A DNA stretch of 58,905 nt from an uncultured Thermodesulfobacteriota bacterium (GTDB taxonomy: Bacteria > Desulfobacterota > GWC2-55-46 > JADFVP01): the NCBI GenBank assembly GCA_964474975.1, contig CAYYUX010000003.1, forward strand, positions 1 through 58,905, in the 5' to 3' direction. Shown in pieces: positions 39,855 through 50,373 of the stretch; position 1 is the first letter of the stretch, and every line of letters starts with the position of its first letter. The notes below the pieces were generated by a model. That model was not told the DNA's origin. It made no database searches and saw only the letters and a program-made list of their open reading frames with translations. A program made the position numbers and the translations under genes.

Positions 39855-40342
39855 GCGCGGGTTTCCCTTATCTTATCGGCCCACTCGAGGAGAGATATAT
39901 TTTTTTGTCTGGACTCCCAAAACTTGTCTCCAAGCTCTCCAAGCTCCTCGGCGCTGAAACGCTCTGAGAGGATGGCAAGGCCGTCGCAGTTGCTAACGTG
40001 GATAAGAAGTGCCTTTGCGGCCTTTTGTGCCTCATCGGCCTCGGCGTCGGTAAGCTCGTCCTTGCAGAGGAGCCCGGCACAGCCTCTTGCCGTATTTACT
40101 ATATCTGTATGCTCCTTTATGAGCTGTTCCACGTACTCGCCGAGGAACTCCTTCATGGCCGGGTAGAGGGTCTCTTCCTCATAGCGAAAATGCGGACCAG
40201 TTAGGGCGTCAAGACGGCCTAGTATCTCTCTTGCCTTGAGAACATCTTTATTCTTAAGGGCATCAGTGAGTTCAAGTACATCATCGCGAACCTTCCTGTG
40301 ATCTTCCCTGAACTCAGCAATAGCGTCTATTTTACCTGGCAT
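39851..40342 (-). CDS. Hemerythrin-like di-iron protein
   Basis: EDHRKV, PHFRYEEETLYP, KEHTD, IHVSNCD; four-helix pattern. ATGA overlap with the DsrE-like gene. Confidence 0.8.
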   Translation of the reverse strand: MPGKIDAIAEFREDHRKVRDDVLELTDALKNKDVLKAREILGRLDALTGPHFRYEEETLYPAMKEFLGEYVEQLIKEHTDIVNTARGCAGLLCKDELTDAEADEAQKAAKALLIHVSNCDGLAILSERFSAEELGELGDKFWESRQKNISLLEWADKIRETRA

Positions 40343-40413
40343 ATTACTCCTCCTTCAAAATGATGGTTTATATTTATATTATAGCATAGATGCTTTTGTA
40401 TGGGTTTGAATAA

Positions 40414-40442
40414 ATCATATATCATTTTTGAGGGGCCGTCAA
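40414..40442 (-). promoter_or_regulatory. Sigma70 promoter for the hemerythrin-DsrE pair
   Basis: Minus strand TTGACG, 17 nt, TATGAT. Confidence 0.55.
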
Positions 40443-40816
40443 ATAGAGATAAGAGGGCGCGCCAAGGGAAATAAATAACGTTTACGAGAGAGGCTGGAAA
40501 TAAAAAAAAACCTCATCGGAATAGATGAGATCATGATAATGGACATTTATTTTTCGGGTACAAAGCTGTTAAGATAAAGCAGGATGGGAAGGTATCTGCT
40601 CTCAGTAGGTTTGCAACGAACCCATATTACAGGCTGTCAGCCGCATTGATTTATTATCCTATCGTCCCCTTACTATCTGCCGGATCTCCTAACCGTCTTA
40701 TATCCCCTCAACTGCCTTTATAAATACCAACCCGCTTTGTATAAGCTGCCTGACTTGTTGTGCCGACTGTTTTATTTCAGTCCAATTCTTTGTTATACCG
40801 CCAGCTTTATACACGC

Positions 40817-40846
40817 CCTACTTTTTATGCGCCTACTTTTTATGCG
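40817..40846. repeat. 15-nt perfect tandem duplication
   Basis: CCTACTTTTTATGCG twice, just 3' of the GT4 stop codon. Confidence 0.85.
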
Positions 40847-40857
40847 GCCGTTATATA

Positions 40858-42015
40858 TTATGCCCCGGACTGGGGGATTACGTTGTTGAAGACATCTACC
40901 ATCTTGCCCGTAAAGTTATTCCAGCCTAAGTTTCTGTTTATCCAGCTGAAGGCCTTATCGGTGGCAAGACGGCTCTTTGCGGGGTTTTGAAATATATACT
41001 CGATGGCCGAGGGCATATCGTCTGTAACAAGGCCCAGTCTTTCGCGGCCGATAACCCCTCCAGCGGCAAATGCCTTTGATACTACAAGTGCGGCACCTGA
41101 GGAGATTACCTCCATGGGATAGAGCCAACCGCCCTCGGATTTTTCAGGGAATACGGCTACATCCGTAGCCCTGTAGAGGTTTCGGGTGTCTTTTATATGC
41201 CCTGTAAAAATAACGTGCTTTTCCAGGGCGTGAGCCTTTATGTAGGCGTCAAGCGCCTTTCTGTAGCTCCCCTTTGCGAGGCCGGTAAAGACAAGGACGA
41301 TATCTTTTATTTTGTGACGCAGTACTTGAACGGCCTTTATGCTTTCCATCTGGTTTTTATGTGGAGAGATGATGCCGGGCTGGAGGACGACAAAGCGGCC
41401 TTCAAGACCATAGAGACGTTTTGCTTCCTCGCGCCGCGGCGGATACTCGACGCTTATATCCATGCCGTATGGTATAAGATGGGGCTCGCGACCATATCTA
41501 CGCAAGACGCGGGCCCGATTGGAATCATCTCCAACGCAGATAGTATCTACATATTTATTTATGATGTACCTGTCCATTCTGACCCCGATACCATAGAGAC
41601 TCTTCATAAGAAGTGAGGTGCGAAGGTTTTCCCTGATGTCGCCCGGTTCGTTAAACATCCATACAACGGGTTTGGTTAAGCCGTAAGCGGCCCATGTAGA
41701 GGGAAAATTGTACAGGTTGACGACATCAAAGTCCTCGGCCTGCCTCTTGATCATGGCGCCAAGGTCTTTTATTTCTTTAATAAGCCTCAGTGCCTCGCCA
41801 AGCCCGCTGGCATGGGTGGGACGATCATAACCAAAACTTGAGGGGAAATATAAGTCCGAGCCTTTACAGGCATCACCTTCGGTCACGAGACAGGGAGTGA
41901 GTGTCAGTACGGAGCTTTCTATGCCTCTTTGCCTGAGACATCGTGAGAAATTCTTTACGACTCTTGCGGAGCCCCGGGAAGACGCCAAATGGGGGTGTAC
42001 AATTAAGACCCTCAT
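40858..42015 (-). CDS. Glycosyltransferase family 4 (GT-B fold)
   Basis: MRVLIVH, GIISPHKNQ, VIFTGH, LYRATDVAVFP and EGGWLYPME (EX7E). Confidence 0.88.
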   Translation of the reverse strand: MRVLIVHPHLASSRGSARVVKNFSRCLRQRGIESSVLTLTPCLVTEGDACKGSDLYFPSSFGYDRPTHASGLGEALRLIKEIKDLGAMIKRQAEDFDVVNLYNFPSTWAAYGLTKPVVWMFNEPGDIRENLRTSLLMKSLYGIGVRMDRYIINKYVDTICVGDDSNRARVLRRYGREPHLIPYGMDISVEYPPRREEAKRLYGLEGRFVVLQPGIISPHKNQMESIKAVQVLRHKIKDIVLVFTGLAKGSYRKALDAYIKAHALEKHVIFTGHIKDTRNLYRATDVAVFPEKSEGGWLYPMEVISSGAALVVSKAFAAGGVIGRERLGLVTDDMPSAIEYIFQNPAKSRLATDKAFSWINRNLGWNNFTGKMVDVFNNVIPQSGA

Positions 42016-42140
42016 ACTACCTCATCAATAAACCTGATTTAACTCAGCCCCCTTACGCGGAGCATAATTCGTAAGGGATAAGTCAGAAGAGAGGCTACCC
42101 CCTCTAATGAATTATCGGCTATTTAAGTAAGAACCTTGAG

Positions 42141-42168
42141 TCGTGATGAGATTTTCGTGATGAGGTTT
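42141..42168. repeat. 14-nt near-perfect tandem repeat in the GT4 leader
   Basis: TCGTGATGAGATTT / TCGTGATGAGGTTT. Confidence 0.75.
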
Positions 42169-42215
42169 TGAATGTGAGCACTGCTAAACGTTTAAATTGA
42201 TAAACTGATAATTAC

Positions 42216-42244
42216 ATATTAATGTGTAGGTGAGGCATTGTCAA
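42216..42244 (-). promoter_or_regulatory. Sigma70 promoter upstream of the GT4 gene
   Basis: Minus strand TTGACA, 17 nt, TAATAT. Confidence 0.55.
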
Positions 42245-42260
42245 GAAAAATCTCGGCGCT

Positions 42261-43196
42261 TTAGGGGAGAGTCCTGGCAAAATATTCTATGGTCTTACGA
42301 AGCCCCTCTCTGAGAGGAACGGCAGGTTCCCATTGAAGGGCATTTTTAGCAAAGCCGATGTCTGGCTGTCTCTGCCGGGGGTCGTCCTCAGGCAGATCTT
42401 TCCATATAAGAGTAGAGCTACTCCCTGTCAGCTCTTTTACGAGCTCGGCAAGCTCTATCATGGTGAACTCATGGGGATTACCAAGGTTTACGGGGCCGAT
42501 TATATCTGTATTTTCCATCATTGAGACTAGTCCCTCAACAAGGTCGTCTACATAACAGAAACTCCTTGTCTGCGAGCCGTCGCCGTAGATAGTAATCTCC
42601 TCTCCTTTTAGGGCTTGAACAATGAAGTTGCTAACCACGCGCCCATCATGGGGGAGCATTCTTGGTCCGTAGGTATTGAAGATTCTAACGACCCGCACAT
42701 CGACATTGTTCTGCCTGTGGTAGGAGAACATGAGCGTCTCTGCGCAACGTTTGCCCTCATCATAACAGGCGCGCGGGCCGATGGGGTTGACATTACCCCA
42801 GTAACTCTCAATCTGCGGATGCACGGAAGGGTCGCCGTAGACCTCTGAGGTAGAGGCTTGAAGGACCCTCGCGTTGACACGTTTGGCAAGGCCGAGCATG
42901 TGGAGCGCGCCCATGATGCTCGTCTTAATGGTCTTTACGGGGTTGAACTGATAATGCACGGGAGAGGCGGGACAGGCCAGGTTATATATCTCGTCTACCT
43001 CAAGGAGGATGGGCTGTGTAATATCATGCCTAATGAGCTCAAAATCATGGTTATCAAGAAGGTGAGCGATGTTGGCGCGCCTGCCTGTGAAGAAGTTATC
43101 GAGACAGATGACGGTATAACCCTTTTTAAGGAGCCTTTCACTTAGATGAGAGCCTATGAAGCCGGCGCCTCCTGTAACGAGAACCCTTTTCTGCAT
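42261..43196 (-). CDS. uxs: UDP-glucuronic acid decarboxylase (UDP-xylose synthase)
   Basis: [58 protein letters not shown]...[18 protein letters not shown]. Confidence 0.93.
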   Translation of the reverse strand: MQKRVLVTGGAGFIGSHLSERLLKKGYTVICLDNFFTGRRANIAHLLDNHDFELIRHDITQPILLEVDEIYNLACPASPVHYQFNPVKTIKTSIMGALHMLGLAKRVNARVLQASTSEVYGDPSVHPQIESYWGNVNPIGPRACYDEGKRCAETLMFSYHRQNNVDVRVVRIFNTYGPRMLPHDGRVVSNFIVQALKGEEITIYGDGSQTRSFCYVDDLVEGLVSMMENTDIIGPVNLGNPHEFTMIELAELVKELTGSSSTLIWKDLPEDDPRQRQPDIGFAKNALQWEPAVPLREGLRKTIEYFARTLP

Positions 43197-43268
43197 ATAT
43201 TACCAACCCCTATTTGTATTGATGAATATATGACGCCCAAGAGGAAAACCCCTGCTCAGTACGTCCTA

Positions 43269-44399
43269 TTAGGCATAAAATTCAGCGATGGAAGAGACTA
43301 CGCGCGTTAGCTCCGTCCTCTTCAGCCCCGGGAAAATGGGCAATGCGAGCGCTGTTTTTGAGGCCCTCTCAGAGGCCGGAAAATCGCCTTTCTTATAACC
43401 GAGATATTTAAAGCACTTCTGAAGATGCATGGGAAGAGGATAATAAACCTCTGTTCCGATACCATCGGCGAGGAGGCGCTTCCTGAGGGCCTCTCTCTTT
43501 TTAACTGTAACAACAAACTGATTATATACAGAGCCGCACTGAGGTAATATGAGAGGAAGCTCGACTATTTTATCAAGACCGGACTTTTTAAATAGTTTGC
43601 CGTATCTTGAGGCGTTGGCCCTGCGCTCATCGGCCCATTTATCAAGAGACCTCAGCTTTACGCGAAGCACGGCGGCCTGCATCTCATCAAGCCTGCTATT
43701 AACGCCGATAGCGTCGTAGAGGTAACGGCCCGAGGCCCCGTAGCCGCGGAGTTTTTTTAGAAGGACGGAGTTTTTTTTCGTCTTTACCGTTATCATGCCG
43801 CCGTCGCCCATGGCACCAAGATTTTTAGTGGGATAGAAGGAAAAACACCCGAAATCGCCGAGGGAGCCGGCCTTTTTTTTGCCATACACAGCCCCTATGG
43901 CCTGCGCGGCGTCTTCGATGACCTTGATGCCGTACTTTCGAGCTACTCTCATAAGCGGGGCCATATCAGCGCACTGGCCGTAAAGGTGTACGGGTATCAT
44001 GGCCTTTATGCCCTTGCCCCGCCTCTTGAGGATGGCCTCAACTGCCACGGGGTCTATGTTGAAAGTCCGTGAGTCTATATCGGCAAAGACAGGCGTGGCG
44101 CCGAGCTTTTCGATAACGCTTACAGTGGCCACAAAGGTAAAGGGCGTTGTAAGGACTTTATCTCCGGGGCCGACACCGGCGGCCAGAAGGCTCAAAAACA
44201 GAGCATCAGTTCCCGATGCAACGCCTACGCCGTAAGCCGCGCCGCTGTAAGAAGCGACTTCCGCCTCAAGGGAGGAAACATTTTCGCCGAGTATGTATCT
44301 GCCGGAATCGCAGACATTCAGTACCTCTGCCCTTACCTCTTTTTTTATGCTTTTATATTGTCTTGAGAGATCAAAAAATGGAATTTTCAAGTTATTCAT
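43269..44399 (-). CDS. DegT/DnrJ/EryC1/StrS family PLP-dependent sugar aminotransferase
   Basis: IPFFDL, SGTDAL, PVHLYGQ, IEDAAQAIGA, FSFYPTKNLGAMGDGG, NSRLDEMQAA. Confidence 0.93.
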   Translation of the reverse strand: MNNLKIPFFDLSRQYKSIKKEVRAEVLNVCDSGRYILGENVSSLEAEVASYSGAAYGVGVASGTDALFLSLLAAGVGPGDKVLTTPFTFVATVSVIEKLGATPVFADIDSRTFNIDPVAVEAILKRRGKGIKAMIPVHLYGQCADMAPLMRVARKYGIKVIEDAAQAIGAVYGKKKAGSLGDFGCFSFYPTKNLGAMGDGGMITVKTKKNSVLLKKLRGYGASGRYLYDAIGVNSRLDEMQAAVLRVKLRSLDKWADERRANASRYGKLFKKSGLDKIVELPLILPQCGSVYNQFVVTVKKREALRKRLLADGIGTEVYYPLPMHLQKCFKYLGYKKGDFPASERASKTALALPIFPGLKRTELTRVVSSIAEFYA

Positions 44400-44576
44400 C
44401 CTCTATGATTGTCAATATTTGCACCCCGGCAGGGGATTTTCAGCCTGTTACGCGCGCGCCTCGTCTCAGTATCCGCATACAAACATCTCCCACCGCCTGT
44501 CACCTCACATTATTCCGATAAAAGTCCTCTATTACAGCCATCGCGAGAGGGTCTTTTGTTGCAAAAGGACAAGCAC

Positions 44577-45059
44577 TTACTGCCCGGTTTCATGTACTGA
44601 GGGGCGACGGCGCAGAAGAATCTCTTTATAAACCTTATCTATGACACCGTTGATAAAAGAAGCGGAATTTTCGGCCCCGAAACTATTGGCAAGTTCAACG
44701 GCCTCGTCCATAACGACCTTATTAGGCACATCTGAATGATAGAGAAGTTCGTAAACGGCAATCCGTAGGATATTTCTGTCTACAACTGCCATCCTCGCGA
44801 GGCTCCAGTTCTCTGAGGCCCTCTCTATAAGGCGGTCTATATCCTTCAGGTTACGCGTAACCCCCTCGCTGATAATTGAGCCGTAAGAGGAGGCGGACTC
44901 TCCGGTATTAAAAGGCGTAGCCCTGATATCGCTCTTGCCCCCTACCCCTCCGGCCCTTCCGCTGCCGCCTGCAATATCGAGCATGTACAGGGTCTGCAGG
45001 GCCTTCTCCCTTTCCTTACGACGCGATGAGGTTCTGTGCCCACTGGCCATTGGACTCAA
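44577..45059 (-). CDS. nusB: Transcription antitermination factor NusB (start TTG 45059 or ATG 45050)
   Basis: [41 protein letters not shown]...S..FINGVID. Confidence 0.95.
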   Translation of the reverse strand: MSPMASGHRTSSRRKEREKALQTLYMLDIAGGSGRAGGVGGKSDIRATPFNTGESASSYGSIISEGVTRNLKDIDRLIERASENWSLARMAVVDRNILRIAVYELLYHSDVPNKVVMDEAVELANSFGAENSASFINGVIDKVYKEILLRRRPSVHETGQ

Positions 45060-45535
45060 ACCTTATCCACTGCCCGTAAGAGGTTTGCCATCTCAATGGC
45101 CGTAAGTGCGGCGTCGCTGCCTTTGTTGCCTGCCTTAGTGCCTGCGCGCTCGATGGCCTGCTCCAGGGTGTCGGCTGTGATGACGCCGAAAGCAATGGGG
45201 CAACCAGTATCAAGGGCCGTGTTGGCTATACCCTTTGAGACCTCAGAGGCGATATAATCAAAATGAGGTGTTGCGCCGCGCACAACGCAACCGAGGCAGA
45301 CGATGGCGTCATAGGTGTTTTTTTCGGCGAGCTTTTTAGCGAGTAGCGGAGTCTCAAAGGCGCCGGGTACTTTAACGACATCAATATCGCCGTCATCGGC
45401 TCCGCTCCTTACAAGCGTATCAATAGCGCCGTCAAGGAGCCTGCTACCGATAAAATCATTAAACCTGCTGATGACAACGGCGAATTTCAGCCCTTCTGCG
45501 GAAAAATTACCTTCGATTATATTTGGCATGCCCAC
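45056..45535 (-). CDS. ribH: 6,7-dimethyl-8-ribityllumazine synthase
   Basis: [40 protein letters not shown]. Confidence 0.98.
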   Translation of the reverse strand: MGMPNIIEGNFSAEGLKFAVVISRFNDFIGSRLLDGAIDTLVRSGADDGDIDVVKVPGAFETPLLAKKLAEKNTYDAIVCLGCVVRGATPHFDYIASEVSKGIANTALDTGCPIAFGVITADTLEQAIERAGTKAGNKGSDAALTAIEMANLLRAVDKV

Positions 45536-45625
45536 TCCTTATTATTTTATATATGATTTATATGGAGCCTCATCGGTACTCGGCCCTTATATATACCTCT
45601 TTACTATCTTTAAGATGCCCCCGTA

Positions 45626-46849
45626 TTACATATCACCCGTCTTGTCAACGGAGTCAAGGAGATGTCCCATCTTCTCTTTTTTTGTCGTAAGGTACCGGAT
45701 GTTCTTCTTATTAGGCACTGTCTCCAGCGGAACTCTATCCGTTATCTCAAGGCCGTAGCCCTCAAGGCCGACTATCTTCTTCGGGTTATTTGTTATGATA
45801 CGCATCTTTCTAATCCCAAGGTCGAGGAGTATCTGCGCCCCTATGCCGTAGTCGCGCAGATCGCTCTTGAAGCCAAGGCGTTTATTGGCCTCTACGGTAT
45901 CAAGCCCCTCGTCCTGAAGGGCATAAGCCCGTATCTTATTGGCAAGGCCTATTCCGCGGCCCTCCTGATGCATATATAGAAAGACACCCCTGCCCTCTTC
46001 ATCTATCATCTTCATGGCGCTTCGGAGCTGATCTCCGCAGTCGCACCGCTCGGAACCAAGGACGTCTCCCGTAAGGCACTCGGAATGAACCCTTACAAGT
46101 ACGGGTTCGTCGCCCCCTATATCACCCTTTACAAGGGCAAGGTGCTCATTGGTATCAACGTCGTTAGTGTAAGCGATGGCGGTAAAATCTCCGGCGAACT
46201 TTGTAGGCAGATGGGCGGAACCGGCGCGCTCCACAAGGCTGTCGTAACGGAGTCTGTACTCTATTATCTCGGCTATGCTGACGATAATAAGGTTATGTTT
46301 TTCGGCAAAGGCCTCAAGGTCAGACATGCGGGCCATGGTGCCGTCGTCCTTCATTATCTCGCAGATAACACCAGAGGGTTTAAGCCCGGCGAGGCGCGCA
46401 AGATCCACGGAGCCCTCGGTCTGGCCTGTCCTCACTAGTACTCCGCCCTTTCTCGCCCTAAGGGGAAAGATATGGCCGGGCCTTGAGAGGTCTTCGGGAA
46501 GAGCGCCCTCGGCAACTGCGGTGCGTATGGTATGAGCCCTGTCAGCGGCGGATATCCCCGTGGTAACGCCATCTTTCGCATCAATGGAGATGGTAAAGGC
46601 CGTTCTGAAAGGCGAGGTATTATCGTCAACCATAGGCCGTAGCGCCATCTTATCAGAGTAGTCTTCTGTCAGTGTTAGGCATATGAGCCCCCTCGCCTCT
46701 TTTGCCATGAAGTTTATGGCTTCGGGTGTCACCAACTCGGCGGCCATACAGAGGTCACCTTCGTTTTCCCTGTCCTCATCATCGACTATAATTACCATAC
46801 GGCCTGCCCTGATATCTTCAAGGGCGTTTTCAATCTTTGTTTTCATCAT
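45626..46849 (-). CDS. ribBA: Bifunctional DHBP synthase / GTP cyclohydrolase II
   Basis: [56 protein letters not shown]. Confidence 0.98.
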   Translation of the reverse strand: MMKTKIENALEDIRAGRMVIIVDDEDRENEGDLCMAAELVTPEAINFMAKEARGLICLTLTEDYSDKMALRPMVDDNTSPFRTAFTISIDAKDGVTTGISAADRAHTIRTAVAEGALPEDLSRPGHIFPLRARKGGVLVRTGQTEGSVDLARLAGLKPSGVICEIMKDDGTMARMSDLEAFAEKHNLIIVSIAEIIEYRLRYDSLVERAGSAHLPTKFAGDFTAIAYTNDVDTNEHLALVKGDIGGDEPVLVRVHSECLTGDVLGSERCDCGDQLRSAMKMIDEEGRGVFLYMHQEGRGIGLANKIRAYALQDEGLDTVEANKRLGFKSDLRDYGIGAQILLDLGIRKMRIITNNPKKIVGLEGYGLEITDRVPLETVPNKKNIRYLTTKKEKMGHLLDSVDKTGDM

Positions 46850-46889
46850 TTCGCTACCTGTCCTTTATGACAACTCTCCTGCCAGCCTA

Positions 46890-47561
46890 TTACTTGCCAG
46901 ACAAAAAGCCATGTTTCATTAAAAGTCCTTCCGTAACCCCGCCGCCCTTATCTGAGGCGAGTGACCTCTCCACGTACTTCGCTATTATATCCGTCTCTAT
47001 ATTGACTAACCCTCCAGCGTTCTTTTCAAGGAGTGTCGTCTCCTTAAGAGTATGAGGGATTAAGACCACCCCGATACGCCCGGGCCGCGCCATTGTGAGG
47101 GTAAGGCTAATGCCGTCAATGGCAATAGAACCCTTCAGTACAACCTGTGATGAGAGACTCTCAGGTAGCTCTATCTCCATATCGATAAAAGCGGCACCGC
47201 CTCTTCCGCCTTTAAGCGTTCTTTTTTTTATCACCCCTACGGCATCTACATGTCCTGTGACAAGGTGGCCGCCAAGGGGTTTGCTGAGTGTAAGAGGCCT
47301 CTCAAGGTTGACGAGGCGCCCTGCTTTAAGACCTCTACCCAGGGTGGTACCTGAAAGGGTTTCAGAGCTTAAATCCGCCTTGAATGAGCCCTCTCTCTCA
47401 AGCAGGGAGGTTATGGTAAGGCAAGCCCCGTCAACGGCGATACTGCCGCCCACAGCCATGGCCGAGATATCAAGAGAGGATATAATATCTATTTTAGCAG
47501 AATCGCCTGAGGATTCAATAGAATTCACCCTGCCTATATCTTCAATAATGCCTGTAAACAT
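46890..47561 (-). CDS. ribE: Riboflavin synthase alpha chain
   Basis: [50 protein letters not shown]. Confidence 0.97.
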   Translation of the reverse strand: MFTGIIEDIGRVNSIESSGDSAKIDIISSLDISAMAVGGSIAVDGACLTITSLLEREGSFKADLSSETLSGTTLGRGLKAGRLVNLERPLTLSKPLGGHLVTGHVDAVGVIKKRTLKGGRGGAAFIDMEIELPESLSSQVVLKGSIAIDGISLTLTMARPGRIGVVLIPHTLKETTLLEKNAGGLVNIETDIIAKYVERSLASDKGGGVTEGLLMKHGFLSGK

Positions 47562-47621
47562 GACTTAAACCCTCTCACGCGTCACGATGTATCTACTCAG
47601 GGAAGAATTCTCCCATGAAAA

Positions 47622-48716
47622 CTACAGTCCCGTAAGCTCGCCTTCTACAAGTATATCATCACCGAGCCTTCTTACCTTAATATTAGCAAGCCTCGGCGCC
47701 GATAAAGGCGTCTTAACATTAAGAAGGCCTACAGCGGGAACAGACCCGGCCCCGAGGAAGAGAGGGGCGATAAAATATGAGACCCTGTCAACGAGGCCTG
47801 CCTTAATGGCCGAGGCGGCTACCATGCCGCCGCCCTCAATAAGAATATTGGCAATGCCGCAGTCAACAAGTTTTTTCAATACTTTTTTTATATCCAGACC
47901 ATCGCGACCCTTTGAGGCAACATAAAAGACCTTTACACCCATAGCACGGGCCAGGGCGACCTTTTTCCTGTCTGCCCCGAGCGCTGTAAAGATAAAAACC
48001 CTCGCAGAAGAATCATGAAAGAGCTTTGCCGATAAGGGCGTACGAAAAGAGCTGTCCAGTACCACGCGGGCGGGATTTACGCCTCTCACATGACGGACCG
48101 TAAGGGCGGGGTCGTCGGTTAGGGCCGTATTAGAGCCTACCAGAACAGCGTCTGCGATGCTCCTCAGCTTATGGGCGTATTTTCTTGAGGCCTGCCCTGT
48201 AATCCACTTCGAGGCGCCTGTATCCGATGCTATGCGGCCGTCAAGGCTCACGGCGAGTTTCAGCCGCACAAAGGGCATACCCGTTGTGATATATTTGATA
48301 AACCACTCATTAAGGGCAGAGGCCTTATCAGCGAGTACCCCTTCTACGACCTCTATACCTTTAGACCGTAAAATGGCGATACCCTTGCCGGATACGAGAG
48401 GATTGGGGTCAGAGGCAGCTACTACAACTTTTTTTATGCCTGAGGCTATAATAACGTCAGTGCAGGCTCCTGTCCTTCCCTTATGACAGCATGGCTCGAG
48501 CGTAACATAAAGGACGCTTCCTCTGATATCGCATCTGCGCAGACCTTCTAAGGCCGCTACCTCGGCATGGGCAAGCCCGGCGCCTTTATGATAACCTCGG
48601 CCTATTACAAGGCCATTTCTGACAACTACGGCTCCGACAGCGGGGTTTGGACTCGTAAGTCCATGACCGCGTCGGGCAAGGCGCAGGGCCTCAGACATGA
48701 ATTCCTCATGAGACAC
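47622..48716 (-). CDS. ribD: Riboflavin biosynthesis deaminase/reductase RibD
   Basis: PNPAVG, HAE, TLEPCCHKGRT..C, K.AVSLDG, EGGG. Confidence 0.97.
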   Translation of the reverse strand: MSHEEFMSEALRLARRGHGLTSPNPAVGAVVVRNGLVIGRGYHKGAGLAHAEVAALEGLRRCDIRGSVLYVTLEPCCHKGRTGACTDVIIASGIKKVVVAASDPNPLVSGKGIAILRSKGIEVVEGVLADKASALNEWFIKYITTGMPFVRLKLAVSLDGRIASDTGASKWITGQASRKYAHKLRSIADAVLVGSNTALTDDPALTVRHVRGVNPARVVLDSSFRTPLSAKLFHDSSARVFIFTALGADRKKVALARAMGVKVFYVASKGRDGLDIKKVLKKLVDCGIANILIEGGGMVAASAIKAGLVDRVSYFIAPLFLGAGSVPAVGLLNVKTPLSAPRLANIKVRRLGDDILVEGELTGL

Positions 48717-48719
48717 GGC

Positions 48720-49187
48720 TCAGCCCTTATCCTTCTTCATCTCAAGAAGCTCTTTAAGTTCTACCATGAACTCATTGATATCTCTGAAATCTCTGTACAC
48801 AGAGGCAAAACGGACATAGGCCACCTCATCGAGTCCCTTTATTGCGTCCATGACAAGTTCGCCAAGTGCCCTGCTCTCAATCTCTTTTGCAGGGGCATCA
48901 AGGAGTCTTGTCTCAAGTCCATCAACAAGCTTTTCTATCTCCTCAAGGGATACGGGCCTTTTCTCGCAGGCCTTCATTATTCCCGCAAGTATCTTCGCCC
49001 TCTCAAAAGACTCACGGCGGTGGTCCTTCTTGACGACAAGAGGGAGCCGTTCCTCTATCCGCTCATAGGTTGTAAAGCGTTTCAAGCAGGAGAGACACTC
49101 ACGACGGCGCCGTGTAAGCACGCCCTCCTGAATAAGACGGGAGTCGATGACTTTGTCTTCGAGATAAGAGCAAAATGGACACTTCAT
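48720..49187 (-). CDS. nrdR: Transcriptional repressor NrdR
   Basis: MKCPFC...KVIDSR...[19 protein letters not shown] cone, [11 protein letters not shown]. Confidence 0.98.
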   Translation of the reverse strand: MKCPFCSYLEDKVIDSRLIQEGVLTRRRRECLSCLKRFTTYERIEERLPLVVKKDHRRESFERAKILAGIMKACEKRPVSLEEIEKLVDGLETRLLDAPAKEIESRALGELVMDAIKGLDEVAYVRFASVYRDFRDINEFMVELKELLEMKKDKG

Positions 49188-49282
49188 AGCGACAATATAC
49201 TGTAAAAGGCCTTAAAAAACAAGGATTATACTGCTACATCGGGCTCAGAACTGAATAGGTAGACATATTTAAAATAAAAAAC

Positions 49283-49316
49283 AAAAAAACCCCGGACCAA
49301 AGGAGCGGGGTTTTTT
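49283..49316. terminator. Intrinsic terminator after the HU gene
   Basis: A7-CCCCG ... CGGGG-T6, bidirectional form. Confidence 0.7.
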
Positions 49317-49385
49317 ATATGAAGAACTTTATATATTCGGCTTAAACTCAAGGATAAAATCGTTTGGTCTAAACCTATACAAGAT

Positions 49386-49664
49386 TTAGAGCACAGCGTC
49401 CTTGCAGGCCTTGGCAACACGGAACTTAAGAACCTTTTTGGCCGGGATTTCTATGGTTTCGCCTGTCTGAGGATTTCTGCCTGTTCTGGCCTTTCTATCC
49501 ACAAGGACAAGTTTACCGATACCGGGGAGGGTAAAACCGTTCTTGGCCTCTTTATATGAGAGCTCCGCAAGACAGGTAAGGATGTCTGAAGCGGCTTTTT
49601 TTGTAATGTCGTTATTTTCTGCTATGTGCTCTACTATCTTGGATTTCGTTAATGCTTTTCCCAT
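49386..49664 (-). CDS. hup: HU family DNA-binding protein
   Basis: LTKSKIV..IA, LPGIGK, RKARTGRNPQTGETIEIPAK..KF. Confidence 0.93.
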   Translation of the reverse strand: MGKALTKSKIVEHIAENNDITKKAASDILTCLAELSYKEAKNGFTLPGIGKLVLVDRKARTGRNPQTGETIEIPAKKVLKFRVAKACKDAVL

Positions 49665-49981
49665 GTGCTCCTCCTCTGCTAATTCAGGATTGTATTTATA
49701 AGTCGCCGATCGATGTGTGAATGTGTGTTTGATGATTACTAATACAATGAATCGCTTTTATTTGCAAGCTAAAAAGAAGAAAAATAGTCTTTTTCCAGAA
49801 ACATTTTTTAGAAAAAATTTATTTACAGTATAGTCAGGCATAAACGTGCTTTACCAGGCCTTACGTGTTATATGGTTCAGACACCCTCCCCTGACAAAAG
49901 AAAAAAATATATGCCATAAATTTGGAGATTTCAATTGACAAGATAAAGCCCGTAATGATATGAATAATAGCTTATGCACAG

Positions 49982-50057
49982 GGGGCTGTAGCTCAGTTGG
50001 GAGAGCGCAAGACTGGCAGTCTTGAGGTCAGGGGTTCGATCCCCCTCAGCTCCACCA
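49982..50057 (+). tRNA. tRNA-Ala(GGC)
   Basis: GGGGCTG TA GCTC AGTTGGGA GAGC G CAAGA CTGGCAG TCTTG AGGTC AGGGG TTCGATC CCCCT CAGCTCC A CCA; anticodon GGC, G3:U70 identity pair. Confidence 0.97.
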
Positions 50058-50140
50058 GTAAACAAAAGGGGTCACGACGTAACCTCTTTTTTATATACGT
50101 CATCGGAAGTCACGTTATTGCCAACAAAAAATTCCATTTA

Positions 50141-50176
50141 ACAAAAGGCCGCGCAATTTTGTGCGGCCTTTTTTGT
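50141..50176. terminator. Intrinsic terminator downstream of tRNA-Ala
   Basis: ACAAAAGGCCGC ... GCGGCCTTTTTTGT. Confidence 0.75.
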
Positions 50177-50373
50177 CCCCTTAAGTAATTATCTACAAAC
50201 ACATTGTCTTGGACTTTTAGCCCCCTTTCTGATAAGCTCTCATGAATCAGAACCTTGCACAGGAGGATACCTTTAGCTACGTTTTCTCCATCTTTCAGCC
50301 CACTGCACGGCCAGAATAATATTTGGGTTTAAAAAAGCACCATGCTAAAAACCTTTATAATATAAGCGGTTGT

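Noticed and set aside
40395-40425. FNR/CRP-like box upstream of the hemerythrin (TTGAATAAATCAT)
   Set aside because: Half-site spacing is 3 nt rather than 4 and both halves mismatch; similar near-matches upstream of narK and DUF2769 also fail on spacing.
49188-49385. FMN riboswitch ahead of the rib operon
   Set aside because: No RFN consensus (AGGGCGGGGUG...CCCGACCG); the operon starts with nrdR, and the spacer holds only the HU terminator.
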